Origin: Eledone cirrhosa
Taxonomy: Eukaryota
Assembly: GCA_964016885.1 (NCBI GenBank)
Contig: OZ024741.1
Span: forward strand, 212,102,001-212,166,000
DNA length: 64,000 nt
Direction: 5' to 3'
Part shown: piece after piece, positions 25,962-39,642 of the stretch
How positions within the stretch are numbered: position 1 is the stretch's first letter
Layout: every line of letters starts with the position of its first letter
Made by a program: the position numbers and the translations under genes
The notes under the pieces: model-generated
The model's input: the letters and a program-made list of their open reading frames with translations, nothing else
What the model was told of the DNA's origin: nothing
Database searches by the model: none

Positions 25962-26251
25962 ATTAGAAATTGAACAACACAATAGATATCTTCTCCATTA
26001 ACAAAGGTTTCAGGATCTTTCTCTTCCTCCACATTCACATATATATCCTAATAATTATTTAAATCTACCTAGTGTCTAAAAATAACGGGTTTTTTTCAGC
26101 CCTATACCTCAACCTCATTTGCATATTCATCTTAATAATTTGAAATATTTGATTTTCCTCTCTTTCACCTCTTTCCTTTTACTATCCAGGAGAAACTTGA
26201 ACCGTTACGATCTCCTTCTTGGATATCTCAATATTTATAAAACAAACTTTG

Positions 26252-26312
26252 TATTTTATCTGATGAGGGCGTACCAAAGTTTTTGTACCCTTGAAATATA
26301 TATAATGGAATA
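26252..26312 (+). ncRNA. Hammerhead motif of a lineage C 3' end (solo UTR fragment, about 25960-26360)
   Basis: tattttat CTGATGA gggcgtac...gtaccctt GAAA tatata TA atggaata. Confidence 0.7.
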
Positions 26313-26743
26313 AAAATGGTTTTATAAATATAGTTTCCATTTCTTAATATCATTAATATATATATATATATATATATAGTGTGTGTGTGTGTCCACATAT
26401 ACATATATGTATGTATATATATATATATATATATACATGTGTGTGTTTATAATCATGCATGTACAGTAAATATAGGTGGCGCTTTATTAACGAAATCTTT
26501 CCTTCGTTGGAGAATATTTAGGCAACATTTATATATCAGAGAATAGAACATCGTATAATCCTGAAAGAACTGCTTTTATTCCTAAAGAAAATATGCAGCA
26601 CTTTAAGATTAACATTAATATAGAAGCAAAACGTTTTTATTTCTTCATTCCTTAAATCATTCTCACTACATATATACTCGTGTGTGCGTATATATATATA
26701 CCTAAATACGCATACACACCCAAACAGAAGCACACACGTACAT

Positions 26744-26775
<32 letters not shown>

Positions 26776-27584
26776 TGTACATACATATACATATGTATAT
26801 ATATATATAATATATATATAAATTTACATCTAGTTTAATGTAAAAATTACATTCATATATAACATCATCAATTTCCGATATTTTATAATATTTTTAATCC
26901 ATCTCTTGCTCAGCTTTTCTTTTCTTTTCTTCTAAATTTTTATTAAAACATATAAATATATTCATAAATTTTATTTGTAAAAAATTTCTTTCAATCTTCA
27001 TAGAAAACAGTTGGAGCATTTATCATAAATCTTATTTTAAACTTTCTCAACAGAAACCTGGTCTTATATCAACGCATGCTTTAACCTGTGTCAAAGTTAA
27101 ATGTCGTCTATTTCTTTGTTTTAATTCTCTCTTTGAAAAGCCCCTCACCCAAAACAAAAGCATTATATCAAGTAATTTCAATTCTCTCGGCTTTTATATC
27201 CATATTATTTATGACTTGTCTAACAAACCCTCGTCCACCCTCTGCTCCAACATTTCCTATCCTCAGTCATTATTTATCCGTTCTATAGCATTTAAAATGT
27301 GTTTCTTTCGAAAATATTTCTTTTTCTCAATTTTTAAAGATATTTCCTACATTCAGCTAATGATATTTTATTTACGAACCGTTTTCTTTGTGCAAAATAT
27401 AATTATTATTAATAGTAAGAGTATTATCGGTATTGTTGTCATCATTTTCAATATTATTAGCATTATTATTTCTTCGACACTTTCATGCGAATTTCTACTG
27501 CATTACCTGTGGCACATCCGTGTTGCTCGTGTTCCTACAGCATTGTGTTCACATTTTCATGGATCTGAGGGTTTATTATTATGG

Positions 27585-27825
27585 CCGTGGATTGGCAGTA
27601 TCGGTAGAGGGTCGGACGCCATGTTTGATGCAAAGAGTTACGGTCCTTTCCATTCTGAGTTCAAATGCAGCCAAAGTTAACTTTGCCTTTCATCCTTACG
27701 GCCCTTTATGGTCTGAGTTCAAATCCCGCCGAGGTTAACTTTGCCTTCCATCCTTACGATAAAATAGATCACCAGAAATACACTGGGATAATTGCTGGCA
27801 GTGTGTCAAAAGTAGAAACAATTAT
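27585..27825 (+). mobile_element. SINE S1 with internal duplication
   Basis: B-box and body segment occur twice. Confidence 0.8.
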
Positions 27826-28029
27826 TTAATTTTACTAACTATTCATATACAATCTTCTTCCATTCGGGAATAATATTCTTTCTAAGAACCCAGTTTTTCT
27901 TCTGTTAGTGCTGGTCACATGTCCCACTATATGATTCAAGCATCAAACATAGCATTGTATAGTAATCTGTTTGTCAAGCAGTATGCAAGAACATTGAGAT
28001 CTCTGTGGGACCCCATCTGCTTTTATTAG

Positions 28030-28252
28030 TGAGGGCGGTGAATTGACAGTATCGATAGAGACTGAAACACTATGCTGCTTTGCATCATAGTGTCACAGTC
28101 CATTACGGTCTGAGTTCAAATCCCGCCAGGGTTAACTTTGCTTTTCATCCTTACGGGGTCGATAAAATAAAGCACGAGTAACGTACTGGGGTCGATTTAA
28201 TCGACTCCCCCCCAAAAAAAAATTACTGGCCTTGTGCTTATACTAGAAATCA
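28030..28252 (+). mobile_element. SINE S1
   Basis: S1 consensus motifs. Confidence 0.8.
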
Positions 28253-28824
28253 TTAGCGAGAGATGTGGAGGGTGAGAGAGACGGAGGCGATGACAGTGAG
28301 AGTTCGGTTCCTTTGTGTTCGGACCTGGTGTACATGTGTATGTATTTTTACATTATCGACCCTTTCATATCAATCCGTATTCCCTCTCTTTCACTCACTG
28401 CCTCTGCCTGTCCTGCTCTCTGCATCCCTCACTATTATATGCAAATGGAAACCCACGATCTAGCCGCCCCGCAGTCCCGGCAGACAGAATAGAGACTTAT
28501 TCATAGAATTTTGAAATTAAATTACTCACAGAAATTTCTGATAAATCAAATTTTACTAATCGACATATTTCACAGGAACCCGCTATTTTGTTGAAGGTTT
28601 CATTCGTATTATATTCAAGGTTTCATTCGTATTATCAGCGCTTTCATTTTAACATAGAATGCTTTCGAATTCAAAGGATTTACGGAGTCAATTAAGGGGA
28701 TTTGTACTGTTGACATCATGCTTTGCGAATCAGCAAATTTTGCCGACGTAATGACTTGTAATTAAGCAGCTTTTGATGACATCACGGCTTGTAGGTCAGT
28801 AGTTCACGTTGAAGTCGTTTTATA

Positions 28825-28975
28825 ACTGTTTCTACTTTTGGCACAAGGCCAGCAATTATGCCAGTGTATTACTGGTGCTTTATTTTATCGACTTAGGATG
28901 AAAGGCAAAATTAACCTCGGCGGGATTTCAACTCAGATCATAAAGGGTCGTAACTCTTTGCTGCAAAGCATGGTC
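28825..28975 (-). mobile_element. SINE S1, truncated
   Basis: Reverse complement of the S1 body. Confidence 0.8.
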
Positions 28976-29334
28976 AGAAATCGTTTTATAATGAAGTTAC
29001 ATTTGAAAGCGTCGGTAGAACATACGGCTAGGAAACCATTTAGTGTTGCAAATATTAGTAAATCTGTTGATATAAATATGTATATATATTCATACATACG
29101 TGTATACACACGTATATGTGTGTATGTATGCATGTGTCTATATGTGTGAATAATATTTCGATTATACGTTGAACAAATACAATGCTTTGTTCCATGAAAA
29201 ATGTCGAGATTCTTGCTGCCAAATAATGGTAAAAGGAATTACCAAACATACGAACATTTCATTGTAACTCTTATAATTTGTATTTTGATTAAACATTCGA
29301 ATAATCATATATAATCAGAAAAATAAGTGTTTTG

Positions 29335-29388
<54 letters not shown>

Positions 29389-30260
29389 TCACACGCACAT
29401 ATAGATGTATAGCCCAATTAAACATATATATAACTTTAATGTATATTGAGAATTATATATGATTGTATATAATTGCCAATTTCATATATAATGCTGATAT
29501 AAATAACACTCTTGAAATATGTGTAAAGAATTAAAAATGATTTTAAAACTAATTTTTCCATCTATATATTTGATTATCGACACACACACACGCACACACG
29601 CGCACACACACACACGTATATTCACATATATACACATAGACACACACACACATATATACATATATACATATATACATATTATCATATATATATATATAAA
29701 TACATACGTATATATACACACACACACATATATATATATATAGACACATATATACACACACACTTATATATATATATATATACATACATACGTATACATA
29801 CACACGCACACATGTATATATTCACACACACATATATATATATACACACACATATATACATGTGTATGTATAAATGATTACATGGAAACATGAGATTAAA
29901 AGGCAAAATACTTAGAATAACAAATTGTAGTCTGTTACAATGATGGTCACCGATCAGTGTTTCAGGTATTTGATAAACAGAACACCCTGCTAGCGAAACT
30001 AACGAGCAAATGGATAACTATTGCATAGACCTGTGTACCATTAACGTATTCCTGAGGAAGATCCAACATGATAAAATGAGCGACCATGTTGCCCCTTTCA
30101 ATTTCAGATACACATCATTTTACTTAAGTTGCTTGAGTATTCAACTGACGTAGCTCTCTGGGAAATTTGGATTAACAAATTGTATGAATGAGTAGAAGCG
30201 TCGAATAAAGAGTCTTGCCCTACGTCACATACACCACAGATACGTTAGAGAAAGAAAATC

Positions 30261-30426
30261 ATGACCTTAATATACTCATTGGTTAAAGCAGTCCAGATAT
30301 TTGGCAGTGACATCGATATTGAATTGTTTGTACTCAGCAGAAAAAAAGGGAATAAAGTAGCCTGTAATGGATTATTACTGCCATTAGGAGAAACTACGGG
30401 AGAACCTAAATATAGTGGCTATAAAT
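30261..30426 (+). pseudogene. Probable non-LTR retrotransposon RT remnant
   Basis: LVKAVQIFGSDIDIE...KKGNKVACNGLLLPLGE...GYK resembles the post-YxDD region of R4/Dong-like RTs; recognised from memory only. Confidence 0.4.
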
Positions 30427-30981
30427 GTGACGCCCGAATTAGTGTCCTTCACTATCAACTAACTTACCCTCCACCTCTGGGCCCCGTCAGACAGGATGGA
30501 GAATGCATTGCCTCGAAAGACGGCGAAGGAGACGAACTGGAACAGCCACTCCACTTCGCGGGGCTCGCACCTGCGGACGGTCAACTCCGCTCTAATAGTA
30601 GTGAGCAGGCATATATTGCGGGGGCCAAGAACTCCGGAGGTCTCCGCTGCTACAGGCTCTACCAAAAACCGCTCCAAGAGCTGCCAATCCTGAACAGTTT
30701 ACGGAAACCCTAACAACTAACACACGCGTCTTCACCAAACAGATACTGTTCTTGTATTTAAACATGATTTTGAAAGCAATGAAATATTCTATTTATAAGT
30801 AATGAATTGTATTAACAAAGAAAGAAAACAATAGGTTACGCCGATACATATTGTGTTACCTATTGTTGTTTCTTGTATAGAATCCACTTAAATATTATAT
30901 TTGAAACTTTGCACGCAACCCAACGCCCACTAACCTCTATATAACAGGATGATCTCCAGTTAACTATGATAGCATAAATTT

Positions 30982-31572
30982 CCGTACTTAAATGTAAGTA
31001 TGTATGTATGTATACGTACATACATATATGTATATAGACGTACAGTAGTATGTATATATGTACGTATGTACGTATACATACATACATACATTTAAGTAAG
31101 TGAGAAATGAAATTTCGTTTCATTCTATTACATTTATCGTTTTTGGTGTGCCCGGCCGACTAACCCACTCGATATGCAAATTAGGCTGCTAAGCCGTTGA
31201 TATGTATAAGGAAAGTATATACTTTCAGACGTTCAACCATCTGACAGGAAGGTATACGATGCTGACGATAGCTAATAAGCTTGAAACTAGTACATCTTTC
31301 CTGTGTCAGTGTTGATCAAAAAGGTGACGTGGTTGCCGAAACACTGTACGTCGTAATTCGGGCTGTTTGTTTGTTTACAAACAAACAAACCGAGCATTAT
31401 AATAAATGTTCGGTAAACCGATACGTGCATATATATGTGTGCATGTATGTATATATATACATACTACTGTACGTCTGTATACATATATGTATGTACGTAT
31501 ACATACATACATACTTACATTTAAGTAAGTGCCGTACTAAGAGTGAGAAATGAAATTTCGTTTCATTCTATT
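30982..31572 (+). mobile_element. Non-coding ~443-bp terminally redundant HHR unit with inverted leader, family R2
   Basis: gtgagaaatgaaatttcgtttcattctatt at about 31100 and 31544; 30985-31060 is the inverse of about 31455-31527; second copy at 56760-57165. Confidence 0.75.
31241..31309 (+). ncRNA. Type I hammerhead ribozyme with extended bulged stem I
   Basis: ctgac aggaag gtatac gatg CTGACGA tagct-aata-agctt GAAA cta GTA catc tttcct gt gtcag. Confidence 0.8.
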
Positions 31573-31823
31573 CCATATATAAATATATATATATAAATAT
31601 GTAATGGTTTGTGATTTAGGCAGAGGGCCAACGACTTTGTGGTAGGGAAATATCGAATGAATCGACCCCAGTGCGTCACATGTGATTTTTTATGGACCTA
31701 ATAGGCAAAACAAACTTCCACAGGTTTTGAACGTAAAGGGAGGTACCTCTATACAGCCAAGCGCGTTTGATGGTCTAAAGATATTGCCAAATTACGGCGA
31801 TTAATATATATGAATATATATAA

Positions 31824-31899
<76 letters not shown>

Positions 31900-32344
31900 A
31901 TACTTCGGGAGGTTCATGTTGCCAATAAGAAACACGCACCAGATGCTTTCACTCAAATTTATTACAAATAAAAAAAAAATTTTTTTAAATTATTTCAAAA
32001 AAATTTATAAATTTCCGGTTGGTTGGTTGGTTGGTTGGTTTCACAACCGGACGGTTGTTCATATATTGTCAAAGTTCTTTCGTCTACACATTCTGTGACC
32101 TCTTCATTGACTGGGGATTCTTTTCTTTGTTTTGTGCCTCTCATTTGTTCTGTCCTACGCCATCTTGTTTTTGTGTGTGTTTGTGCTTAGTTTGCGCATG
32201 TGTTATATCCGGGTGTCTGTGTGTTTTTATTTGTTTATTTATTTGTTTATTTACATGTTACTGGTTGGTTGTTTGTTCTATGTGTGTGTGTTTTCATGTT
32301 GTCCTTAATTGTAAGTTGTGATGTTGCTATTCCATTCATGTTTT

Positions 32345-33475
32345 CTATTTAATTCTGGTTTGGAGTTCATTTATGTTTATTGCCTCTGTGATTTGTCTAA
32401 ACATTGCGTCTTTTCTGTGGATGAAGTGTTCTATGTGTCTCTCTAGTTCTTTGGGGTTGCACATGTTGGACACGTTTCTCATCACCCGTACTAAATCCGC
32501 AATCAGTATGTTGGTTTTGGTGTAATCCGAAACAGCTGAGTTTCGGTGGATCAGATATTTGGAAGTCATGGGTTTGGCATAATGGGAATGAAGGATTTGT
32601 TTTTTTGTTATTAATGGTTTCTAACCAGAGCTCTATGTCTAGTACAGGTAATCGATGGTTGGGCTGTTTGCTTGGTTAGTCTATAGTAACTCTAATACTC
32701 TGGTTGATGGAGTTAACTATTTGCTGGATGCTTTCCATGATGTTTTTCTCTAATTACTGACTGTTCTCTAATGGGGGAGGGATTACTACGATGTTTATAT
32801 CATCAACGTAGCGAGAGTACATTATCAGGGTTAAGAGATTGCTGTCTTCTAATTGTTCTTTAAGTTTTTTGTCCCACCATACCACGAATAGGTTAGCTAT
32901 GTCACCTGCAATGCTAACGCCAATGGCTGCTCCCTCCTCTTGGGCATATGTTTTTCCATTAAATTTGAACATATGTTCCTTAAGGGTTAGTTTTATACTG
33001 GACCCCACCGCATCATTTTATTTAGTTCATCGTGGATTTCGGAGGTCCGTATGGCTCTGGTCCACCCGTTCCATCTTTCTGTGTGGGTTTTCTTGGCCAT
33101 TGAGGTAATGGTAGGTGGTCTGCCTCTTGCTGGTCTTGTGGGGCAGAGGTTGCTAAGGTCATACGTATCTAGATAATCATTACCATAAGTAAGTTTAAGT
33201 AGGAGTCCCAGCTCACTGGTATCAATCCCACGGAATTCAACATTGCTCTCACTGATCATTTCTACGCATTTCTCCACAGCAAAATCCACGTCAATGGATA
33301 GATATAGGGGCACAACATCCATACTACCTATTATACAGTCTGTTAGGTCCCTAAATCGGTTATTTTCGTCGATTCTGCTGAGGAGGTCCTCCGTGCTGTC
33401 ACATATATCCGGGGACATTTCAATGATGGGGCGTATGATCAGGGAGAGGAAGTAGGAAAGTCTGTAGTTACTAGA
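32345..33475 (-). pseudogene. PLE RT fragment with frameshifts and an internal deletion
   Basis: GSMDVVPLY, EGAAIGVSIAGDIANL, YSRYVDDI; clearly homologous to the 42078-45128 ORF. Confidence 0.9.
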
Positions 33476-34072
33476 CACATAGCTATGGTTAGAAACCATT
33501 AATAACAAAAAACAAATCCTCCATTCCCATTATGCCAAACCCATGACTTCCAAATATCTGATCCACCGAAACTCAGCTGTTTCGGATCACACCAAAATCA
33601 ACATACTGATTTCGGATTTAGTACGGGTGATGAGAAACGTGTCCCGCATGTGCAACCCCAAAAACCTAGAGATACACATACAACACTTCAATACTCCACC
33701 AACATGCTAAAGTAGAACATGAGGGCAAATTAGAGAACATAGAAATAAAAATAAAATCTACACACAGAAAAGATGAAATGTTTATACAAATCACAGAGGC
33801 AATAAACATAAATGAACTCCAACCAAAATTAAATAGAAAACATGAATGGAATAGCAACATCACAACTTACAATTAAGGACAACATGAAAACACACACACA
33901 TAGAACAAACAACCAACCAGTAACATGTAAATAAACAAATAAATAAACAAATAAAAACACACACAGGAACCCGGATGTAACACATACGCAAACTAAGCAC
34001 AGAACACATACAAAAACAAGATGGCGTAGGACAGAACAAAGGAGAGGCACAAAACAAAGAAAAGAAACACCA

Positions 34073-34115
34073 GTCACTGAAGAGGTCACAACATGTGTGA
34101 CGAAAGAACTTTGAC
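34073..34115 (+). ncRNA. Minimal type I hammerhead motif; mutated inverted copy at 32068-32111
   Basis: gtca CTGAAGA g gtcaca-acatg-tgtgac GAAA gaac TT tgac. Confidence 0.75.
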
Positions 34116-34345
34116 AATATATGAACAACGTCGGGTTGTGAAACCAACCAACCAACCAACAGGAAATTTATAAATTTTTTTGAAAAAATGAAAACAATTT
34201 TTTTTTTTAAATTTATAATAGATTGGGGTGAAAGCGCTGGTGCGTGTGTTTCTTATTGGCAACATGACCCTCCCAAAGTATAACAATATCGGTTTCAACA
34301 CACGTTTTCAGATAAAAAATCTTGCTAAACAAATTCTGAAACGAA

Positions 34346-34376
<31 letters not shown>

Positions 34377-36148
34377 AAAGTTCTATTTAAAGTTGTTGTG
34401 ATACAACAAGTAAATATTTTTATAACTGATATAAAGCACTCGACAAGATTTTGGTGTAGATATACGATATTAATAAATGGAAACTATATTTATAAAACCA
34501 TATTTATTTCATTATACATATTTCAGGGATACCACATTAAATTATGGTATGCCTTCATCCGACAAAATACAATATATAACAGTTTTACAAATAGCTTTGA
34601 CGTACCCTTTTACAATACAACCATTACTTTTGGAGGCTGTCTGGATAGTGGTTTGTTTACATTGTTTTAATAAGTCATAGTGTTAAGCACAATTAGAAAA
34701 AGACGGAGAGAAAGAAAAAGAAAAAGATGGAGATAGAGAAAAGAACAAAGACGGAGATAGAGAAAGAAAGGGAAAGAAAACCTGGAGAAATATCGGAGAG
34801 AGAAATGTATGGAGAAACGAAAGAGATAAATACAGATAGGAGGAAATAAAAAATAAAAAAGAAAAAAGAAAGAAAAGGAAGAAATAAGAAAAACAGGAAA
34901 GCAACAGAGAGATATCAAGTCATCATACAGAGAGAAAAACTCAAGAGAGAGAAATACTATATATAGAGAGGGGAGGACAATGAAAACTTTACGTCTTGTC
35001 ATTTTAAGTTGAGTTAACAATCTATATGAAATGAATAATAAAACTATAAGTATCAATATTCATGAATGGGACATATATATATAATATGAGAGATTAAACA
35101 TTGTTCAATAATGACTATATGTTTAGTTTAGAAATTTGAGATCAATATACCAAAATCTGAGTTCAAAATATAGAGATCAGTATTTTATGCAAAGACATAC
35201 AAATATATATGTATATATATATATACATAGATACGCACGTCCTGAAAATAGGAATTATGTTTACTCAAGCCAACAATATAGCCATACAAAACGTAAATGA
35301 TTTCTCTTAATCACTGCTATACATTCCTTGTGTTATAAAAATTTCACAGTATATATATACAAATATATACGATTAACATTCAAGTCCTCATATATACGAT
35401 TACCATTCATGTGCTTAATATTATGCATATCTCCAACATACCTCTCAACTACATAGATACATACACATACGTATATACACATACATATATATAAATAAAT
35501 ATTTGCGTGCGTCGTCACGCAACACTCATGTATATATACAGACATATATAGATACAAAAAAACCTATAACACTTTTTATGCATGTTAATATACACATATG
35601 CATCTGTATAGAGATAATCAAATATCAATATATTACTAAAGGATTATAACTTGTAAATATAACCATAATAATATAAATTTAAAATACCAAAGGAATATAT
35701 TTTGGAAATGTAACTATATCAGTATAGACAAAAGAAATCTAGAAATATCAAAGCATTAAATATCTTTAAAACACTATAGAGTATCTTAAGTTAAAATAAT
35801 ATGTTTTATATATTTAGTATAGAAATTTATCCTTCGTATATCTCAATCAAGATATTGAAAGGGTAGACTTATGAAAGTTATGAGAAGCTATCATAATCAA
35901 AACAAATAAATAAAAACATAATTTAAAAGATTTAAAAAACGCAATGATTCTATAGATAACATTATATTTATTATAGAAATTTACCTTACGTATATTTTAT
36001 TTAATACATTGGAAGTATAGACATTTTAGAGTAGTTTATTATATCCTTGTTTATATTTAGGAAGAAAGTTTAAAAAGAAAAAGGTGAAGGAATCTAATGA
36101 TTTATCGACAGGTTCCATATATTAACTAAAATTACTTAATTAATTATA

Positions 36149-37903
36149 CTACATTTTAAATTTATATTTATATTTAAACGTTGAGTTCAATCTATGTCTG
36201 CAGCAACTGAATAAATTGTTCCTTAGATTAAGGGAATTTTTGGACTTTAATATAAAGAATATTTCTTCAATACAAAGACCAGAATTCCCTGAAGAGGAAT
36301 TAAAAGGAGTTGCTTTTGAAATAATATTCCAATTCATCGAATATTTAATATTATCTCGTTTTAGGTCCCATAGTAGGCTAGATAGCGAAGTTGAAGGTTT
36401 TTTTGTTTGGATCTGTGAAAGAATTCTTATGATTATTGAAGCGAAATTTAAATTCTGTAGAGGTGGAACCAACATAGTTAAATGAATTTAAATTAGTTTT
36501 AACATTACAATTGTACACTACATTTTTAGCTAAGCAGTTGTTATTTAACGGACAGTTAGATTTATTTCTACAGTTACAGTTATTTAATTGAATATTGTTT
36601 GGGTTATTATTGGTATTTTGGTTAGGTTTTAAATTCCTATAATTAATTCTATTAATATTTTGTGCAAAATTTTTCGTGGACGAGTAAGTTAATTTTATAG
36701 TGTGTCTATTAAAAATTGAGTAATATTTATGTGTTCTAGGGAAGCGTGTGTCAACAGCTTTAAAGAATAGTTTAGCAATAGGGGTTTTAATATTTAGAGA
36801 GAAAGGGGGAGCAAACCATAATATATTTCTAGTTCTATTTCTTTTTCGGCTTTTGGAATTATTGTAATGTTTTCTATTATAGTTGTTAAAGTTGTTACCG
36901 TAATTGAAATTGTTATTATTTTGGTTAGTTTGCTTATTATTATTATCGATGTATTTAATTTTATTTCTATATCCAGCTCTACCTAACGCTTCGTTGTAAT
37001 ACTGCGCTTTTTCATCAAATATATTTTTATTAGATGAAATTCTTGAAATTCGTTCTTGAACAGAGTTCACTATAGTATTTTTAACAGATATGGGGTGATT
37101 AGAGTTAAAATTAACATAATTCAAGTTCTCATTTAGTTTGTGAAATGGATAGTGAAGACATGTGTTGAGATTTAGTGTTACATCAAGAGAATTGACTATT
37201 CTATGGTTATTCTCTATTTCTATTTTTAGATTAAGGTAATTAAAAAATTGTATAATTTGTTTTCTTTTTCTATTTAGTTCACAGCTATTATTTTCTATAA
37301 GTAAAATCATGTCACCCCGATATAATCCTCCGGTTACACCTGGTATTTTTCTATGTAGCGAATTAATTATAAATAGGCCCACAAGGTCCGTTACCTGAGC
37401 TGAGTCTGATGATCCCATAGTTATGTCGAAATTATTATTTCTATCTGCCCTAGTCCAGAGTTGATTATTAAATTCTATCAATGTTTTCCTTGCCGATAAT
37501 ATAATGTGCATTTCATTACTAGTTAGGTCAGTATGTTTAAATGCGTAATTTAGTGCCTTATTCAGTAGATTAGGAGTGATAGATGAATAGTAGTTAGCAA
37601 TATCCAGCTGAATAAACTTATTATTACAGTTATATTTAATTTCTTTAAACCAATCAATAACCCCACTAGTCCCTTTCCATAATTTTAAGTAAGATAAGTT
37701 AGGTAAGTTTACAATTTGTTGTATTACCCTGTCTAGAATATTTTTGCTAAGTTTTCCCAGGTCAGATTTGGATGGTGCAATTAATCTGACTGGTAAATCA
37801 TTTTCAAAGTTTCTTTTGTGATCCTTCATATTGATCTTTGGTTTCCTAGGCATGAAGGGTTGTGTTTTATTCTCAATGTTTAATTCATGCATTATACAAG
37901 ATG
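36149..37903 (-). pseudogene. PLE RT plus GIY-YIG; catalytic YRDD reads YRGD; frameshift near 36395
   Basis: KDHK, VRLIAPSKS, QLDIANYYSSI, FDITMGS, GLYRGD (37311-37322), SNHP, CNCRNKSNCPL, VVYNC..YVGST, LCIEE, CCRH. Confidence 0.92.
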
Positions 37904-37936
37904 CGTCAAAGCTATTTGTAAAACTGTTATATATTG

Positions 37937-38001
37937 TATTTTGTCTGATGAAGGCATACCATAATTTAATGTGGTATCCCTGAAATATGTATAATGAAAT
38001 A
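37937..38001 (+). ncRNA. Type I hammerhead motif; partner at 34505-34569 on minus has a CGGATGA core
   Basis: tattttgt CTGATGA aggcatacca...tggtatccct GAAA tatgta TA atgaaata. Confidence 0.75.
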
Positions 38002-38040
38002 AATATGGTTTTATAAATATAGTTTCCATTTATTAATATC

Positions 38041-38070
<30 letters not shown>

Positions 38071-38077
<7 letters not shown>

Positions 38078-38324
38078 TCACAAGAATCAAAGCTATGTTC
38101 AAAGCATTTATTCACTTACAATTGTTTCATCCAAGCCTAGGCTTGGTGTCTTCGGAGCATTTTTCAATGTTTGTACACATAATTGACCTCCTTTCCAACG
38201 CAAGAGACATACATATACATATGTATATATTGATGTACAGTGGAGTGACATATATTATATTTATATTATTTCTGTATAGCCTTTCAAATTCAATGAACAT
38301 AGCTTTGATTCTTGTGAATTCTAT
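38071..38324 (-). mobile_element. ~250-bp element with ~30-bp inverted ends and an internal HHR-like motif
   Basis: tagaattcacaagaatcaaagctatgttca / tgaacatagctttgattcttgtgaattcta; minus 38114-38158: gct CcGAAGA caccaagc-ctag-gcttggat GAAA caatt GTA agt. Confidence 0.65.
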
Positions 38325-39164
38325 AGAACAACTGATGTTAATACATTGAGCTATTTATCTTACTGGTAATAAGGTAGTAATAAATTACTGACCTTCACTG
38401 TTTAGGGTTTAAAATATATATAACTATAAAAAGTTTTAGTATATACATAACCATAAATAGAATCCTTAATATTATATATATATCCAGAGAGTGTAACGTA
38501 GAGTTACTGTAGGTTCACGCGGGTGAGAACTCGATGTTTAGGTTCACGTAGAGCTAGACAGAGTGTAGTATAATAAAATAAAACAAAGACGAGTGGTTAC
38601 TCTTTCATTACATTTATTGGTTGGTGACGCGCCCTTCACCTCCGATCAGCTCATGGTATCGATCTAGCCCGACTCTGTAATCCACAGCTCGTTAGACCCC
38701 TTTTAGCAGTAATGAAAAAAATGATGACTAAAAGGGGTAAAGAGTACTTACATAACCTCAGTACTGTGAGGCGGATCGAAAGAGATCATAGGTTAAGGGT
38801 AGGGTGGGTGGGATGGAGAGGGAGGGAATATTTTGTCGAGTGAGGTGTTTTTTGAAACTATCATTCTAGGAGCAGAACTGGTTTGTAGGGTTTATACATT
38901 GCATAATGTTTGTGCATGCAGTTCGGAGAGTTCGTTCAGTGTCCTAGAATGTTGCAACGTTTTTTGAAATATTCAGTTCTGCGTTCTCAGATTGACTTTG
39001 TTAGTTTCAGAAGATCCCGTTAAGGGTGAAATCAGCGATTCTTTGCTTAAACTTTAATCTGTTATTTTAATAAATATTTGCTCTACGGCTCTTATATATA
39101 TTTGATACATATTTATCCTTATCGAGACCCTCTTCGGATTTTAGCCTTCAAATTTTATTACTAT

Positions 39165-39229
<65 letters not shown>

Positions 39230-39484
39230 GTTGTTGAAATCACATTGTACTCTTTATGTCGAAATATGTTTATTCCCATACTAGCCTACTCTATTCCATA
39301 TTGTATATTTAATATAATAGAATATATAGAATATGAATTATTCCTTTTATTTTCCTCAAGGGCTCTAAAGATGTTATGGATAAAAATTACATGGACGAAA
39401 AACAATGCAACAACATCGTGTAAAAGGGATTGGGACATTAACAATGGGTAAACAGAAGGGAAAACAATAACAACCATTGTAATA

Positions 39485-39496
39485 AACAATAATAAC

Positions 39497-39542
<46 letters not shown>

Positions 39543-39592
39543 GTAATAATAATAGTAATAATAACAGTAATAATTATAACAACAATAACAAC

Positions 39593-39638
<46 letters not shown>

Positions 39639-39642
39639 TAAC
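39485..39642. repeat. (AAT)n/(AAC)n microsatellite
   Basis: Direct reading. Confidence 0.95.

Larger units (their letters stand above)
31895..34345. mobile_element. Fold-back PLE related to lineage A (A2): minus arm 31895-33475, plus arm 33469-34345
   Basis: Arms are inverted homologues; both carry RT and endonuclease fragments and a 3' UTR; (TA)n on both sides. Confidence 0.9.
34461..38045 (-). mobile_element. 5'-truncated PLE, lineage C, with inverted terminal ~140 bp
   Basis: 34461-34602 is the reverse complement of 37904-38045; RT-endonuclease frame and a ~1.7 kb 3' UTR lie between; (TA)n at the right end. Confidence 0.9.

Noticed and set aside
30460-30713. GC-rich patch that might be a Gypsy integrase remnant or an exon
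   Set aside because: No diagnostic motif could be confirmed by eye.
37904-38102. N-terminus of the 574-aa ORF
   Set aside because: It reads through the inverted UTR, a TA tract and a neighbouring element; the real RT sequence begins near 37903.
38492-38630. Possible LTR (TGTAAC...AATAAA...TTACA) with a tggtgac primer-site-like motif
   Set aside because: Only ~120 bp, with no second LTR and no gag/pol sequence; not supportable.
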